From: Escherichia phage JLBYU22
Direction: 5' to 3' (one strand)
Length of the DNA stretch: 64,000 nt
Sequence record: OK272484.1
Shown: positions 43,325 through 53,868 of the stretch, in pieces
Position numbering within the stretch: the first letter of the stretch is position 1
How the letters are laid out: each line of letters begins with the position of its first letter
Translations under genes and position numbers: made by a program
Notes under the pieces: model-generated
Seen by the model: only the letters and a program-made list of their open reading frames with translations
What the model was told of the DNA's origin: nothing
The model's database searches: none

Positions 43325-44242
43325 TCAAAATTCATTAATGCTATTAGTTAATTTAGAAAGACCCGCTTTTACAAAATATGAATAAATTTTGCCACGCGGT
43401 GGTAATTTATATGAATTATAGTAATTCACAATGTTTGAAGCAATATTATCAGGAATATAATCAAAATCAATTAGAACTAAATTTTCTTTATAACGATTAT
43501 ATTCAGATTCTGTGAGAAGCACCTTAGCTTGCTCGCGGTCATTAGCAATAGCTTCAACAATAGAGGTTTTCATTGAAGGAGTTCGTTCACCTTCAACTCT
43601 GGTAAACCAAAAGTCAGACCGTACTTTAACTGAAGCAACGTTATCCTTTTTGTCACCTTTAAGGATTTTAGTCATACAGTCAATTTCAGCAGAACCGCTT
43701 TTAATTTTAACCCATTTCTTGTGCATCGGTGACCATTGCTTAACATTTGGGTATTTGTGAAGTTGAGTAAAGTCACCATCAGATGAAATGATTAAAATCT
43801 TGTGTCCTTCTAAAGAGAACTTTTTAACAAGAACAGCAATATGGTCATCTGCTTCATACTTATCAATATCCATAACAATGTATGGCATATAAGCTTTCAA
43901 TTCATCTATAACTTTATGGCTGGATTCAAAATAACCTTCCCAGTCCCAAGTAGATTCTTCTCGTGCTTTTCCACGGTTTTTCTTATAATAATACGCGAAA
44001 TCACGACGCCAGTATCCAGATTTCGCGTTATCAATACACAGTACAATTTTAGTGTATCCAAGAGTTTTTGCTTTTTTGACATTAAACTTAATTGAGTTCA
44101 ATATCAAATGACGAACCATTGATAAATTAATTTTTTCTTTATCTGGGAAGTTTACCAAAGCAGTTGAAAGCGCAATTTGACTAAAGTCAATTAAGCAGAT
44201 TCCTTCTTTGTAATCTTCATCCAGCATCATTTCTAAATCCAT
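43325..44242 (-). CDS. rnh: RNase H / 5'-3' exonuclease
   Basis: 305 aa from MDLEMMLDED; track start at 44257 is a TTG. Confidence 0.9.
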   Translation of the reverse strand: MDLEMMLDEDYKEGICLIDFSQIALSTALVNFPDKEKINLSMVRHLILNSIKFNVKKAKTLGYTKIVLCIDNAKSGYWRRDFAYYYKKNRGKAREESTWDWEGYFESSHKVIDELKAYMPYIVMDIDKYEADDHIAVLVKKFSLEGHKILIISSDGDFTQLHKYPNVKQWSPMHKKWVKIKSGSAEIDCMTKILKGDKKDNVASVKVRSDFWFTRVEGERTPSMKTSIVEAIANDREQAKVLLTESEYNRYKENLVLIDFDYIPDNIASNIVNYYNSYKLPPRGKIYSYFVKAGLSKLTNSINEF

Positions 44243-44271
44243 ATGAACCTCGTTCAATTAGTGAGATTTCT

Positions 44272-44301
44272 ATTATATACCATCCGAATCTTAAAGTAAA
44301 C
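44272..44301 (-). promoter_or_regulatory. Early sigma70-type promoter for rnh (GTTTAC -35, 18-nt spacer, TATAAT -10)
   Basis: Minus strand GTTTAC...TATAAT with A/T-rich upstream; lies beside the divergent gene 34 late promoter. Confidence 0.5.
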
Positions 44302-44304
44302 AAG

Positions 44305-44312
44305 TATAAATA
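44305..44312 (+). promoter_or_regulatory. T4 late promoter TATAAATA for gene 34
   Basis: Exact TATAAATA 35 nt upstream of gene 34 ATG. Confidence 0.65.
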
Positions 44313-44346
44313 CTTATTATTGAAAACACAATAGGAGCCCGGGAGA

Positions 44347-47300
44347 ATGGCCGAGATTAAAAGAAAGTTCAGAGCAGAAGATGGTCTGGACGCAGGTGGT
44401 GATAAAATAATCAACGTAGCTTTAGCTGATCGTGCCGTAGGAACTGACGGTGTTAACGTTGATTACCTAATTCAAGAAAACACAGTTCAACAATACGATC
44501 CAACTCGTGGATATTTAAAAGATTTTGTAATCATTTATGATAACCGCTTTTGGGCTGCTATAAATGATATTCCAAAACCGGCAGGATCTTTTAATAGCGG
44601 ACGCTGGAGAGCATTACGTACCGATGCTAACTGGATTACGGTTTCATCTGGTTCATATCAATTAAAATCTGGCGAAGCAATTTCGGTTAATACTGCAGCT
44701 GGAAATGACATCACATTTACTTTACCATCTACTCCAATTGATGGTGATACTATCGTTCTCCAAGATATTGGAGGAAAACCCGGAGTTAACCAAGTTTTAA
44801 TTGTAGCTCCAGTGCAAAGTATTGTAAACTTTAGAGGTGAACAAGTACGTTCAGTACTAATGACTCATCCAAAGTCACAGCTAGTTTTAATTTTTAGTAA
44901 TCGTCTGTGGCAAATGTATGTAGCTGATTATAGTAGAGAAGCTGTAGTTGTAACACCAGCAAGTCTCTATCAGGCGCAATCTAATGATTTTATCGTACGT
45001 AGATTTACTTCTGCTGCACCAATTAATGTTAAACTTCCAAGATTTGCTAATCATGGAGATATTATTAATTTCGTTGATTTAGATAAACTAAATCCGCTTT
45101 ATCATACAATTGTTACAACATATGATGAAACCACTTCAGTACAAGAAGTTGGAACTCATTCTATTGAAGGCCGTACATCTATTGACGGTTTCTTGATGTA
45201 TGACGATAATGAGAAATTATGGAGATTATTTGACGGGGACAGTAAAGCACGTTTACGTATCATAACAACTAATTCAAACATTCGTCCAAATGAAGAAGTT
45301 ATGGTATTTGGTGCGAATAATGGAACAACTCAAACAATTGAGCTTCAGCTTCCAACTAATATTTCTGTTGGTGATACTGTTAAAATTTCCATGAATTACA
45401 TGAGAAAAGGACAAACAGTTAAAATCAAAGCTGCCGGTGAAGATAAAATTGCTTCTTCAGTTCAATTGCTGCAATTCCCAAAACGTTCAGAGTATCCACC
45501 TGAAGCTGAATGGGTGACTGTTCAAGAATTAGTTTTTAACGGTGAAACTAATTATGTTCCAGTTTTGCAACTTGCTTACATAGAAGATTCTGATGGAAAA
45601 TATTGGGTTGTGCAACAAAATGTTCCAACCGTAGAAAGAGTCGATTCTTTAAACGATTCTACTAGAGCAAGATTAGGCGTGATTGCTTTAGCTACACAAG
45701 CTCAAGCTAATGTCGATTTAGAAAATTCTCCACAAAAAGAATTAGCAATTACTCCAGAAACATTAGCTAACCGTACTGCTACAGAAACTCGCAGAGGTAT
45801 CGCAAGAATAGCAACAACTGCTCAAGTGAATCAGAACACCACATTCTCTTTTGCTGATGATATTATCATCACTCCTAAAAAGCTGAATGAAAGAACTGCT
45901 ACAGAAACTCGCAGAGGTGTTGCTGAAATTGCTACGCAACAGGAAACTAATGCAGGTACTGATGATACTACAATCATCACTCCTAAAAAGCTTCAAGCTC
46001 GTCAGGGTTCTGAATCATTATCTGGTATTGTAACCTTTGTATCTACCGCAGGAGCTACTCCAGCTTCTAGTCGTGAATTAAATGGTACAAATGTTTACAA
46101 TAAAAACACTAATAATTTAGTTGTTTCGCCTAAAGCTTTGGATCAGTATAAAGCTACTCCAACGCAACAAGGTGCAGTAATTTTAGCAGTTGAAAGTGAA
46201 GTAATTGCTGGACAGAGCCAAGAAGGATGGGCAAATGCGGTTGTAACGCCAGAAACGTTACATAAAAAGACATCAACTGATGGAAGAATTGGTTTAATTG
46301 AAATTGCTACACAAAGTGAAGTTAATACAGGAACTGATTATACTCGTGCAGTCACTCCTAAAACTTTAAATGACCGTAAAGCAACTGAAAGTTTAAGTGG
46401 TATAGCTGAAATTGCTACACAAGTTGAATTCGACGCAGGCGTCGACGATACTCGTATCTCTACACCATTAAAAATTAAAACTAGATTTAATAGTACTGAT
46501 CGTACTTCTGTTGTTGCTCTATCTGGATTAGTTGAATCAGGAACTCTCTGGGACCATTATACCCTTAATATTCTTGAAGCAAATGAGACACAGCGTGGTA
46601 CACTTCGTGTGGCTACACAAGTTGAAGCTGCTGCAGGAACATTAGATAATGTTTTAATAACTCCTAAAAAGCTTTTAGGTACTAAATCTACCGAATCGCA
46701 GGAAGGTGTTATTAAAGTTGCAACTCAGTCTGAAACTGTGACTGGAACGTCAGCAAATACTGCTGTATCTCCAAAAAATTTAAAATGGATTGTGCAGAGT
46801 GAACCTACTTGGGCAGCTACTACTGCGATAAGAGGCTTTGTTAAAACTTCATCTGGTTCAATTACATTCGTTGGTAATGATACAGTTGGTTCAACACAGT
46901 CGTTAGAATTATACGAGAAAAATAGCTATGCGGTATCACCATATGAATTAAACCGTGTATTAGCAAATTATTTGCCGTTAAAAGCAAAAGCTGTAGATAG
47001 TAATTTATTGGATGGTCTAGATTCATCTCAGTTCATTCGTAGGGACATTGCGCAGACAGTTAATGGTTCACTAACCTTAACCCAACAAACGAATCTGAGT
47101 GCCCCTCTTGTATCATCTAGTACTGCTGCGTTTGGTGGTTCAGTTTCGGCAAATAGTACATTAACTATTTCTAATACTGGAACGGCAACTCGTCTGATTT
47201 TTGAGAAAGGACCTCAAACTGGAACTAACCCAGCGCAGACGATGACTATCAGAGTTTGGGGAAATCAGTTTGGTGGTGGATCAGATACAACACGTTCTAC

Positions 47301-48216
47301 TGTATTTGAAGTTGGTGATGAAACATCTAATCACTTTTATTCTCAACGTAATAAAGCTGGTAATATTACGTTTAGCATTAATGGTACTGTAATGCCAATA
47401 AATGTTAACGCTTCCGGTTCATTGAATGCGAATGGCGTAGCAACATTTGGTAGTTCAGTTACAGCCAATGGTGAATTTATCAGCAAGTCTGCAAATGCTT
47501 TCAGAGCAATAAATGGCGATTATGGATTCTTTATTCGCAATGATGCTGCTAACACATATTTTATGCTTACTGCATCGGGTGATCAGACTGGCGGATTTAA
47601 TGGATTACGTCCTTTAGCTATTAATAATGCATCTGGTCAAGTAACTATTGGTGAAAGCTTAATCATTGCCAAAGGTGCTACTATAAATTCAGGTGGTTTA
47701 ACTGTTAACTCGAGAATTCGTTCTCAGGGCACTAAAACCTCTGACTTATATACCCGTGCGCCAACATCTGATACCGTAGGATTCTGGTCAATTGATATTA
47801 ATGATTCAGCTACTTATAACCAGTTCCCAGGTTATTTTAAAATGGTTGAAAAAACTAATGAAGTGACTGGGCTTCCGTACCTAGAACGTGGCGAAGAAGT
47901 TAAATCTCCTGGTACATTGACTCAGTTTGGTAACACACTTGATTCGCTTTACCAAGATTGGATTACTTATCCAACGACTCCAGAAGCACGTACCACTCGC
48001 TGGACACGTACATGGCAGAAAACCAAAAACTCTTGGTCAAGTTTTGTTCAGGTATTTGATGGAGGTAACCCTCCTCAACCATCTGATATCGGTGCTTTAC
48101 CATCTGATAATGCTACAATGGGGAATCTTACTATTCGTGATTTCTTACGAATTGGTAATGTTCGCATTATTCCTGACCCAGTGAATAAAACTGTTAAATT
48201 TGAATGGGTTGAATAA
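44347..48216 (+). CDS. 34: Long tail fibre proximal subunit gp34
   Basis: 1289 aa, same as T4 gp34. Confidence 0.95.
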   Translation: MAEIKRKFRAEDGLDAGGDKIINVALADRAVGTDGVNVDYLIQENTVQQYDPTRGYLKDFVIIYDNRFWAAINDIPKPAGSFNSGRWRALRTDANWITVSSGSYQLKSGEAISVNTAAGNDITFTLPSTPIDGDTIVLQDIGGKPGVNQVLIVAPVQSIVNFRGEQVRSVLMTHPKSQLVLIFSNRLWQMYVADYSREAVVVTPASLYQAQSNDFIVRRFTSAAPINVKLPRFANHGDIINFVDLDKLNPLYHTIVTTYDETTSVQEVGTHSIEGRTSIDGFLMYDDNEKLWRLFDGDSKARLRIITTNSNIRPNEEVMVFGANNGTTQTIELQLPTNISVGDTVKISMNYMRKGQTVKIKAAGEDKIASSVQLLQFPKRSEYPPEAEWVTVQELVFNGETNYVPVLQLAYIEDSDGKYWVVQQNVPTVERVDSLNDSTRARLGVIALATQAQANVDLENSPQKELAITPETLANRTATETRRGIARIATTAQVNQNTTFSFADDIIITPKKLNERTATETRRGVAEIATQQETNAGTDDTTIITPKKLQARQGSESLSGIVTFVSTAGATPASSRELNGTNVYNKNTNNLVVSPKALDQYKATPTQQGAVILAVESEVIAGQSQEGWANAVVTPETLHKKTSTDGRIGLIEIATQSEVNTGTDYTRAVTPKTLNDRKATESLSGIAEIATQVEFDAGVDDTRISTPLKIKTRFNSTDRTSVVALSGLVESGTLWDHYTLNILEANETQRGTLRVATQVEAAAGTLDNVLITPKKLLGTKSTESQEGVIKVATQSETVTGTSANTAVSPKNLKWIVQSEPTWAATTAIRGFVKTSSGSITFVGNDTVGSTQSLELYEKNSYAVSPYELNRVLANYLPLKAKAVDSNLLDGLDSSQFIRRDIAQTVNGSLTLTQQTNLSAPLVSSSTAAFGGSVSANSTLTISNTGTATRLIFEKGPQTGTNPAQTMTIRVWGNQFGGGSDTTRSTVFEVGDETSNHFYSQRNKAGNITFSINGTVMPINVNASGSLNANGVATFGSSVTANGEFISKSANAFRAINGDYGFFIRNDAANTYFMLTASGDQTGGFNGLRPLAINNASGQVTIGESLIIAKGATINSGGLTVNSRIRSQGTKTSDLYTRAPTSDTVGFWSIDINDSATYNQFPGYFKMVEKTNEVTGLPYLERGEEVKSPGTLTQFGNTLDSLYQDWITYPTTPEARTTRWTRTWQKTKNSWSSFVQVFDGGNPPQPSDIGALPSDNATMGNLTIRDFLRIGNVRIIPDPVNKTVKFEWVE

Positions 48217-48224
48217 GAGGTATT

Positions 48225-49340
48225 ATGGAAAAATTTATGGCAGAGTTTGGACAAGGATATGTCCAAACGCCATTTTTATCGGAAAGCAATTCAGTAAGAT
48301 ATAAAATAAGCATAGCGGGTTCTTGCCCGCTTTCTACAGCAGGACCATACGTTAAATTTCAGGATAATCCTGTAGGAAGTCAAACATTTAGCGCAGGCCT
48401 TCATTTAAGAGTTTTTGACCCTTCCACCGGAGCATTAGTTGATAGTAAATCATATGCTTTTTCGACTTCAAATGATACTACATCAGCTGCCTTTGTTAGT
48501 TTCATGAATTCTTTGACGAATAACAGACTTGTTGCTATATTAACTAGCGGAAAGGTTAATTTTCCTCCTGAAGTAGTATCTTGGTTAAGAACCGCAGGAA
48601 CGTCTGCTTTTCCATCTGATTCTTTATTGTCAAGATTTGACGTATCATATGCTGCCTTTTATACTTCTTCTAAAAGAGCTATTGCATTAGAACATGTTAA
48701 ACTAAGTAATAGAAAAAGCACAGATGATTATCAAACTATTTTAGATGTTGTATTTGACAGTTTAGAGGACGTTGGAGCCACAGGATTTCCAAAAAGAACG
48801 TACGAAAGCGTTGAGCAATTTATGTCAGCGGTTGGTGGAACTAATAACGAAATTGCACGTCTACCGACTTCGGCTGCTATAAGTAAACTTTCTGATTATA
48901 ATTTAATTCCTGGCGATGTTCTTTATCTTAAAGCTCAGTTATATGCTGATGCCGATTTACTCGCGCTTGGAACTACAAATATATCTATCCGTTTTTATAA
49001 TGCATCGAATGGATATATTTCTTCAACACAAGCTGAGTTTACCGGGCAAGCTGGGTCTTGGGAATTAAAAGAAGATTATGTAGTTGTTCCAGAAAATGCA
49101 GTAGGATTTACGATATATGCACAGAGAACTGCGCAAGCTGGTCAAGGTGGCATGAGAAATTTAAGCTTTTCTGAAGTGTCAAGAAATGGAGGTATTTCGA
49201 AACCTGCTGAATTTGGCGTCAATGGCATTCGTGTTAATTATATCTGTGAATCTGCTTCACCTCCGGATATAATGGTACTTCCTACGCAAGCATCGTCTAA
49301 AACTGGTAAAGTGTTTGGGCAAGAATTTAGAGAAGTTTAA
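48225..49340 (+). CDS. 35: Long tail fibre hinge connector gp35
   Basis: 371 aa; position between 34 and 36. Confidence 0.88.
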   Translation: MEKFMAEFGQGYVQTPFLSESNSVRYKISIAGSCPLSTAGPYVKFQDNPVGSQTFSAGLHLRVFDPSTGALVDSKSYAFSTSNDTTSAAFVSFMNSLTNNRLVAILTSGKVNFPPEVVSWLRTAGTSAFPSDSLLSRFDVSYAAFYTSSKRAIALEHVKLSNRKSTDDYQTILDVVFDSLEDVGATGFPKRTYESVEQFMSAVGGTNNEIARLPTSAAISKLSDYNLIPGDVLYLKAQLYADADLLALGTTNISIRFYNASNGYISSTQAEFTGQAGSWELKEDYVVVPENAVGFTIYAQRTAQAGQGGMRNLSFSEVSRNGGISKPAEFGVNGIRVNYICESASPPDIMVLPTQASSKTGKVFGQEFREV

Positions 49341-49345
49341 ATTGA

Positions 49346-49363
49346 GGGAGCCTTCGGGTTCCC
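49346..49363 (+). terminator. Hairpin terminator after gene 35
   Basis: GGGAGCC-TTCG-GGTTCCC followed by TTTTTCTTT. Confidence 0.6.
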
Positions 49364-49371
49364 TTTTTCTT

Positions 49372-49379
49372 TATAAATA
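49372..49379 (+). promoter_or_regulatory. T4 late promoter TATAAATA for gene 36
   Basis: Exact TATAAATA 24 nt upstream of gene 36 ATG. Confidence 0.7.
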
Positions 49380-49402
49380 CTATTAAAATAAAGGGGCATA
49401 CA

Positions 49403-50068
49403 ATGGCTGATTTAAAAGTAGGTTCAACAACCGGAGGCTCTGTCATTTGGCATCAAGGAAATTTTCCATTGAATCCAGCCGGTGACGATGTACTCTATAA
49501 ATCATTTAAAATATATTCAGAATACAATAAACCACAAGCTGTTGATAACGATTTCGTTTCTAAAGCTAATGGTGGTACTTATGCATCAAAGGTAACATTT
49601 AATGCTGGTGTTCAAGTACCATATGCTGTAAACAATACAAACCCGTGCGGTATTTATCCAGGTAACGGTGATAATGCTACTTTTGCTGTAGCAAATATCG
49701 ATATTGTTTCGTGGAATGGTATTGGTTTTAAATCATCACAGGGTTCAGCAGCCCGAACTGTTGTAATTAATGCACGTAATGGTGATATTAGCACAAAAGG
49801 TGTTGTATCAGCTGCGGGTCAAGTAAGAAGTGATGCAGCTGCTCCTATAGCAGCGAATGACCTTACTAGAAAGGACTATGTTGACGGAGCAATAAATACT
49901 GTTACGGCAAATGCGAACTCTAGAGTGTTACGATCTGGTGATACTATGACTGGAAACTTAACCGCACCAAACTTTTTCTCACAGAATCCTGCATCTCAAC
50001 CTTCACATGTTCCACGATTTGACCAAATCGTAATTAAGGATTCTGTTCAAGATTTCGGCTATTATTAA
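49403..50068 (+). CDS. 36: Long tail fibre distal connector gp36
   Basis: 221 aa, same as T4 gp36. Confidence 0.9.
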   Translation: MADLKVGSTTGGSVIWHQGNFPLNPAGDDVLYKSFKIYSEYNKPQAVDNDFVSKANGGTYASKVTFNAGVQVPYAVNNTNPCGIYPGNGDNATFAVANIDIVSWNGIGFKSSQGSAARTVVINARNGDISTKGVVSAAGQVRSDAAAPIAANDLTRKDYVDGAINTVTANANSRVLRSGDTMTGNLTAPNFFSQNPASQPSHVPRFDQIVIKDSVQDFGYY

Positions 50069-50076
50069 GAGGACTT

Positions 50077-53000
50077 ATGGCTACTTTAAAACAAATACAA
50101 TTTAAAAGAAGCAAAACCGCAGGTGCACGTCCTGCTGCTTCAGTATTAGCCGAAGGTGAATTGGCTATAAACTTAAAAGATAGAACAATTTTTACTAAAG
50201 ATGATTCAGGAAATATCATTGACTTAAGCATTTCCGCTGGCGGTAATATCAGTGGAAATATCACTCAAACTGGTGATTATACACAGACTGGAAAATTTAA
50301 TTTAATTGGCCCGCAGATTATAGCAAGTGGTGGATATATTGAGTTTAATTATCGTACTACTGGAAGTGGGGCTTGGTCCGGTCAACACACTGCAAAAGCT
50401 CCAATTTTTGTAGATTTAAGCTCAGCTACTTCCACATCTGAATATAATCCTATAATTAAACAGCGCTTTAAAGATGGAACTTTTTCATTAGGTACTTTAG
50501 TTTCTGAAGGTTCGTTAAAGATTCATTATATTGATGAAACTGGTCAATCTAAATATTGGACATTTGCGCGCTCAGGTAATTTTCAAGTTGATTCTGGTAA
50601 TTTATTAGTATCTGGTGGGTATTTAGTCGCTCAGAGTAATATTGAAACAAGAACAGGTTCTTTGATTGGTCCATCTGTTGTAACTAAAAATATTTCATTT
50701 GATACGAAAGCGTTTGGACAATACGATTCGCAGTCATTAGTTCAATATGTTTATCCTGGAACTGGTGAAACAAACGGAATTAATTACCTTCGTAAATTCC
50801 GTGCAAAATCCGGTGGTACGATTTATCATGAATTAGCTTCTGCACAAACCGGAAAAAGTGATGAACTGTCTTGGTGGACCGGTAATACAGCCGTTAATAA
50901 ACAAATGGGCCTTCGCAATGATGGGTCTTTAGTATTGCGACGCTCACTCGCAATTGGTACAATTACAACAGATGAAAACATTAATAATTACGGCTCCACT
51001 GGAGCAATGGGTGAATGCTATATAGTCATTGGAGATGCCGCAACTGGTATATCATATAAAAGATCTGGTGTATATGATTTAGTTGCTAATGGTCTTTCTA
51101 TCGCGTCTATTACTCCTGACAGTTTCCGTAGTACTCGTAAAGCATTATTTGGACGCTCAGAAGATCAAGGTACAACATGGATTATGCCTGGAACGAATGC
51201 TGCATTTTTATCAGTTCAAACACAGGCTGATGAAAACAGTGCTGGAGACGGTCAGACACATATTGGCTATAATTCAGGCGGAAAAATGAACCACTATTTC
51301 CGCGGTAAAGGCAAAACTAATATTAATACTCAAGAAGGCATGGAAGTTAACCCGGGTATTCTTAAAATAGTAACCGGTGCAAATAATGTAATGTTTTATG
51401 CTGATGGCGGTATTACATCCACTAAGCAGCTTTCAATATATAATGGTGTATATTTAGCAGCTAATAATTCTACTGCTGGGCTAACATTCGCTCCAACTAC
51501 TACAATTGATGGCACTAAGCAAATTTTGTGGGAAGGTGGTAAGCGCGCTGGACAGAATAAAAGCTATGTAACTGTTAAAGCGTGGGGTAATTCATTTAAC
51601 GCATCTGGCGATCGTAATCGTGAAACAGTTTTTGAAGTAGCTGACGGACAAGGTTATTATTTTTATTCCCAGCGTGTAGCCCCAAGCGGCTCAGAAACTA
51701 CTGGTCCTGTTGTAACTCAGTTTGCTGGAGCTGTTAATGCTAGAGGAAGTATTATTACTGACGGAAGTTTTAAAGTTAATGGATTGAGCACTTTAGTCGG
51801 TAATGTTACCATGTCTAATGGTTTGTTTGTCCAAGGTGGTTCTTCTATTACTGGACAAGTTAAAATCGGCGGAACTGCAGATGCATTAAGAATTTGGAAT
51901 GCTGAATATGGTGCAATTTTCCGTCGTTCTGAAGATAAGCTTTATATTATTCCAACCCCGCAGAATGCTGGTGAATCAGGTGGTATTTCTAATTTACGTC
52001 CGTTCTATATTACATTAAGTACTGGTAAAGTTTCCATGGATCATGATGTAGATATCGGCGGCGGTAGATTTAAAGTAGAAGTGGCTGGAACTACGGCTGG
52101 TCAACGTATTATAGTTAATGCAGCGAGCGATGCTATTAGAATAAATGCTCCAACACAAGAGTCTTCTAACTTCATTCAAGGACGTAAGGCTGATGTGAAT
52201 AAATGGTATTTGGGTATTGGCGATGGCGGCAACGTCGTTCGTATGCACAGCTACACATATTCACATGGTATTGCATTAAATTCTGATTCTGTCGATATTA
52301 CTAAGCCTCTTAAAGTCGGAAACGCCCAACTAGGAACTGACGGTAATATTACCAATGGTTCAGGAAACTTTGCCAACTTAAATACCACGTTAAATCGTAA
52401 AGTTAATTCTGGATTTATTACTTATGGAGCAACCTCTGGATGGTATAAGTTTGCAACAGTAACAATGCCACAATCCACTTCGACAGTCTTCTTTAAAATA
52501 GTTGGAGGTTCTGGATTTAATAGCGGATTATTCACACAATGTAATATTGCTGAAATTGTTTTACGTACTAGTAATGAAAGACCTGCTGACTTAAATGCTG
52601 CATTATACACAAGAACAATTGGAGCTGCATTTAAAGATATTGCAGTTAATAACGTCTCTGGAGATACATATGACATTTATGTTTCTGCTGGAACATATTG
52701 TAATCAATTGGCTTGTGAGTGGTCATGTACCGAAAATGCTACTGTTAGTGTTATTGGTATTAACTCATCTACACAATCGCCTGTAGATGCTCTTCCAGAC
52801 ACAGCAGTTAACGGTCAAGTTGCTAATGTTCTTAATAACTTGGTTGATCGCGGTAAAGTTAAGCGTTATGAAGCCGATTCTGAAATAGCTATTAATAGCC
52901 AAACCGGTATTCGTATCAGAAGCAACAGCGATAAAACTGGTTCTGTTGCTACAATGCTACGAAATGATGGCGGTAGTTTTTATATTCTGTTTACAGATAA

Positions 53001-53838
53001 AAATGCCACCGATGGCGCAGCAACTGTTAATGGCGATTGGAATAGTAAACGTCCTTTCGCAATTAACTTAACAACCGGCAAAGTGATGATGAATAATGGC
53101 ATAGCTGTTCGCAGCGCTGCTTTATTCTATAATAGCATAAACGTCAAAGATAATGGTTCTATTAACTTTGATAAATCAGGCGCTAACCCGAGAAATATGA
53201 GAATATTTCATGCTGGCGATGCTTCTCGCGGTAACCGTATTGAAATTGCCGATGAAACTAACTATATTGCTTACTTTGAAAAAACACCAGGTGGAGCTAA
53301 TCGCTTTGTAGTAAATAATGCTACTGTAGCTGGTGTTAATCAAATGAATTCATTTGGTATTAACATCAATAACGCACTTGGTGGAAATAGTATAGCGTTT
53401 GGCGATAATGACACTGGTATTAAGCAAAATGGCGATGGATTATTAGACATATATGCGAATGGTGTACAGACTTTCCGTTTCCAAAACGGTGATTTGTACT
53501 CATACAAAAATATAAATGCTCCAAACGTTTATACTCGTTCTGATATTCGTTTAAAATCTAACTTCAAACCTATCGAAAATGCACTTGATAAAGTTGAAAA
53601 ACTTAACGGTGTCATTTACGATAAAGCTGAATATATCGGTGGAGAGGCAATTGAAACTGAAGCGGGTATTGTAGCTCAAACGTTACAAGACGTTTTACCA
53701 GAAGCCGTCCGTGAAACAGAAGACAGCAAGGGTAATAAAATACTCACTGTTTCTTCTCAAGCCCAGATTGCTCTTCTGGTTGAAGCTGTGAAAACGCTTT
53801 CTTCTCGTGTAAAAGAACTTGAATCTAAACTTATGTAA
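50077..53838 (+). CDS. 37: Long tail fibre distal subunit gp37 (T2/T6-type, 1253 aa)
   Basis: N-terminus conserved with T4 gp37; longer than T4 (1026 aa); C-terminal segment resembles an intramolecular chaperone-like domain. Confidence 0.9.
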   Translation: MATLKQIQFKRSKTAGARPAASVLAEGELAINLKDRTIFTKDDSGNIIDLSISAGGNISGNITQTGDYTQTGKFNLIGPQIIASGGYIEFNYRTTGSGAWSGQHTAKAPIFVDLSSATSTSEYNPIIKQRFKDGTFSLGTLVSEGSLKIHYIDETGQSKYWTFARSGNFQVDSGNLLVSGGYLVAQSNIETRTGSLIGPSVVTKNISFDTKAFGQYDSQSLVQYVYPGTGETNGINYLRKFRAKSGGTIYHELASAQTGKSDELSWWTGNTAVNKQMGLRNDGSLVLRRSLAIGTITTDENINNYGSTGAMGECYIVIGDAATGISYKRSGVYDLVANGLSIASITPDSFRSTRKALFGRSEDQGTTWIMPGTNAAFLSVQTQADENSAGDGQTHIGYNSGGKMNHYFRGKGKTNINTQEGMEVNPGILKIVTGANNVMFYADGGITSTKQLSIYNGVYLAANNSTAGLTFAPTTTIDGTKQILWEGGKRAGQNKSYVTVKAWGNSFNASGDRNRETVFEVADGQGYYFYSQRVAPSGSETTGPVVTQFAGAVNARGSIITDGSFKVNGLSTLVGNVTMSNGLFVQGGSSITGQVKIGGTADALRIWNAEYGAIFRRSEDKLYIIPTPQNAGESGGISNLRPFYITLSTGKVSMDHDVDIGGGRFKVEVAGTTAGQRIIVNAASDAIRINAPTQESSNFIQGRKADVNKWYLGIGDGGNVVRMHSYTYSHGIALNSDSVDITKPLKVGNAQLGTDGNITNGSGNFANLNTTLNRKVNSGFITYGATSGWYKFATVTMPQSTSTVFFKIVGGSGFNSGLFTQCNIAEIVLRTSNERPADLNAALYTRTIGAAFKDIAVNNVSGDTYDIYVSAGTYCNQLACEWSCTENATVSVIGINSSTQSPVDALPDTAVNGQVANVLNNLVDRGKVKRYEADSEIAINSQTGIRIRSNSDKTGSVATMLRNDGGSFYILFTDKNATDGAATVNGDWNSKRPFAINLTTGKVMMNNGIAVRSAALFYNSINVKDNGSINFDKSGANPRNMRIFHAGDASRGNRIEIADETNYIAYFEKTPGGANRFVVNNATVAGVNQMNSFGININNALGGNSIAFGDNDTGIKQNGDGLLDIYANGVQTFRFQNGDLYSYKNINAPNVYTRSDIRLKSNFKPIENALDKVEKLNGVIYDKAEYIGGEAIETEAGIVAQTLQDVLPEAVRETEDSKGNKILTVSSQAQIALLVEAVKTLSSRVKELESKLM

Positions 53839-53840
53839 AA

Positions 53841-53856
53841 GAGGGCTTCGGCCCTC
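53841..53856 (+). terminator. Hairpin (attenuator/terminator) between genes 37 and 38
   Basis: GAGGGC-TTCG-GCCCTC stem-loop followed by moderately T-rich sequence. Confidence 0.45.
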
Positions 53857-53868
53857 TAAGGATTTTTA

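Noticed and set aside
45763-45996. Minus-strand ORF inside gene 34 and several similar ORFs inside genes 37 and 38
   Set aside because: Embedded antisense to long, well-supported tail-fibre genes; repetitive serine/cysteine-rich translations typical of artefacts.
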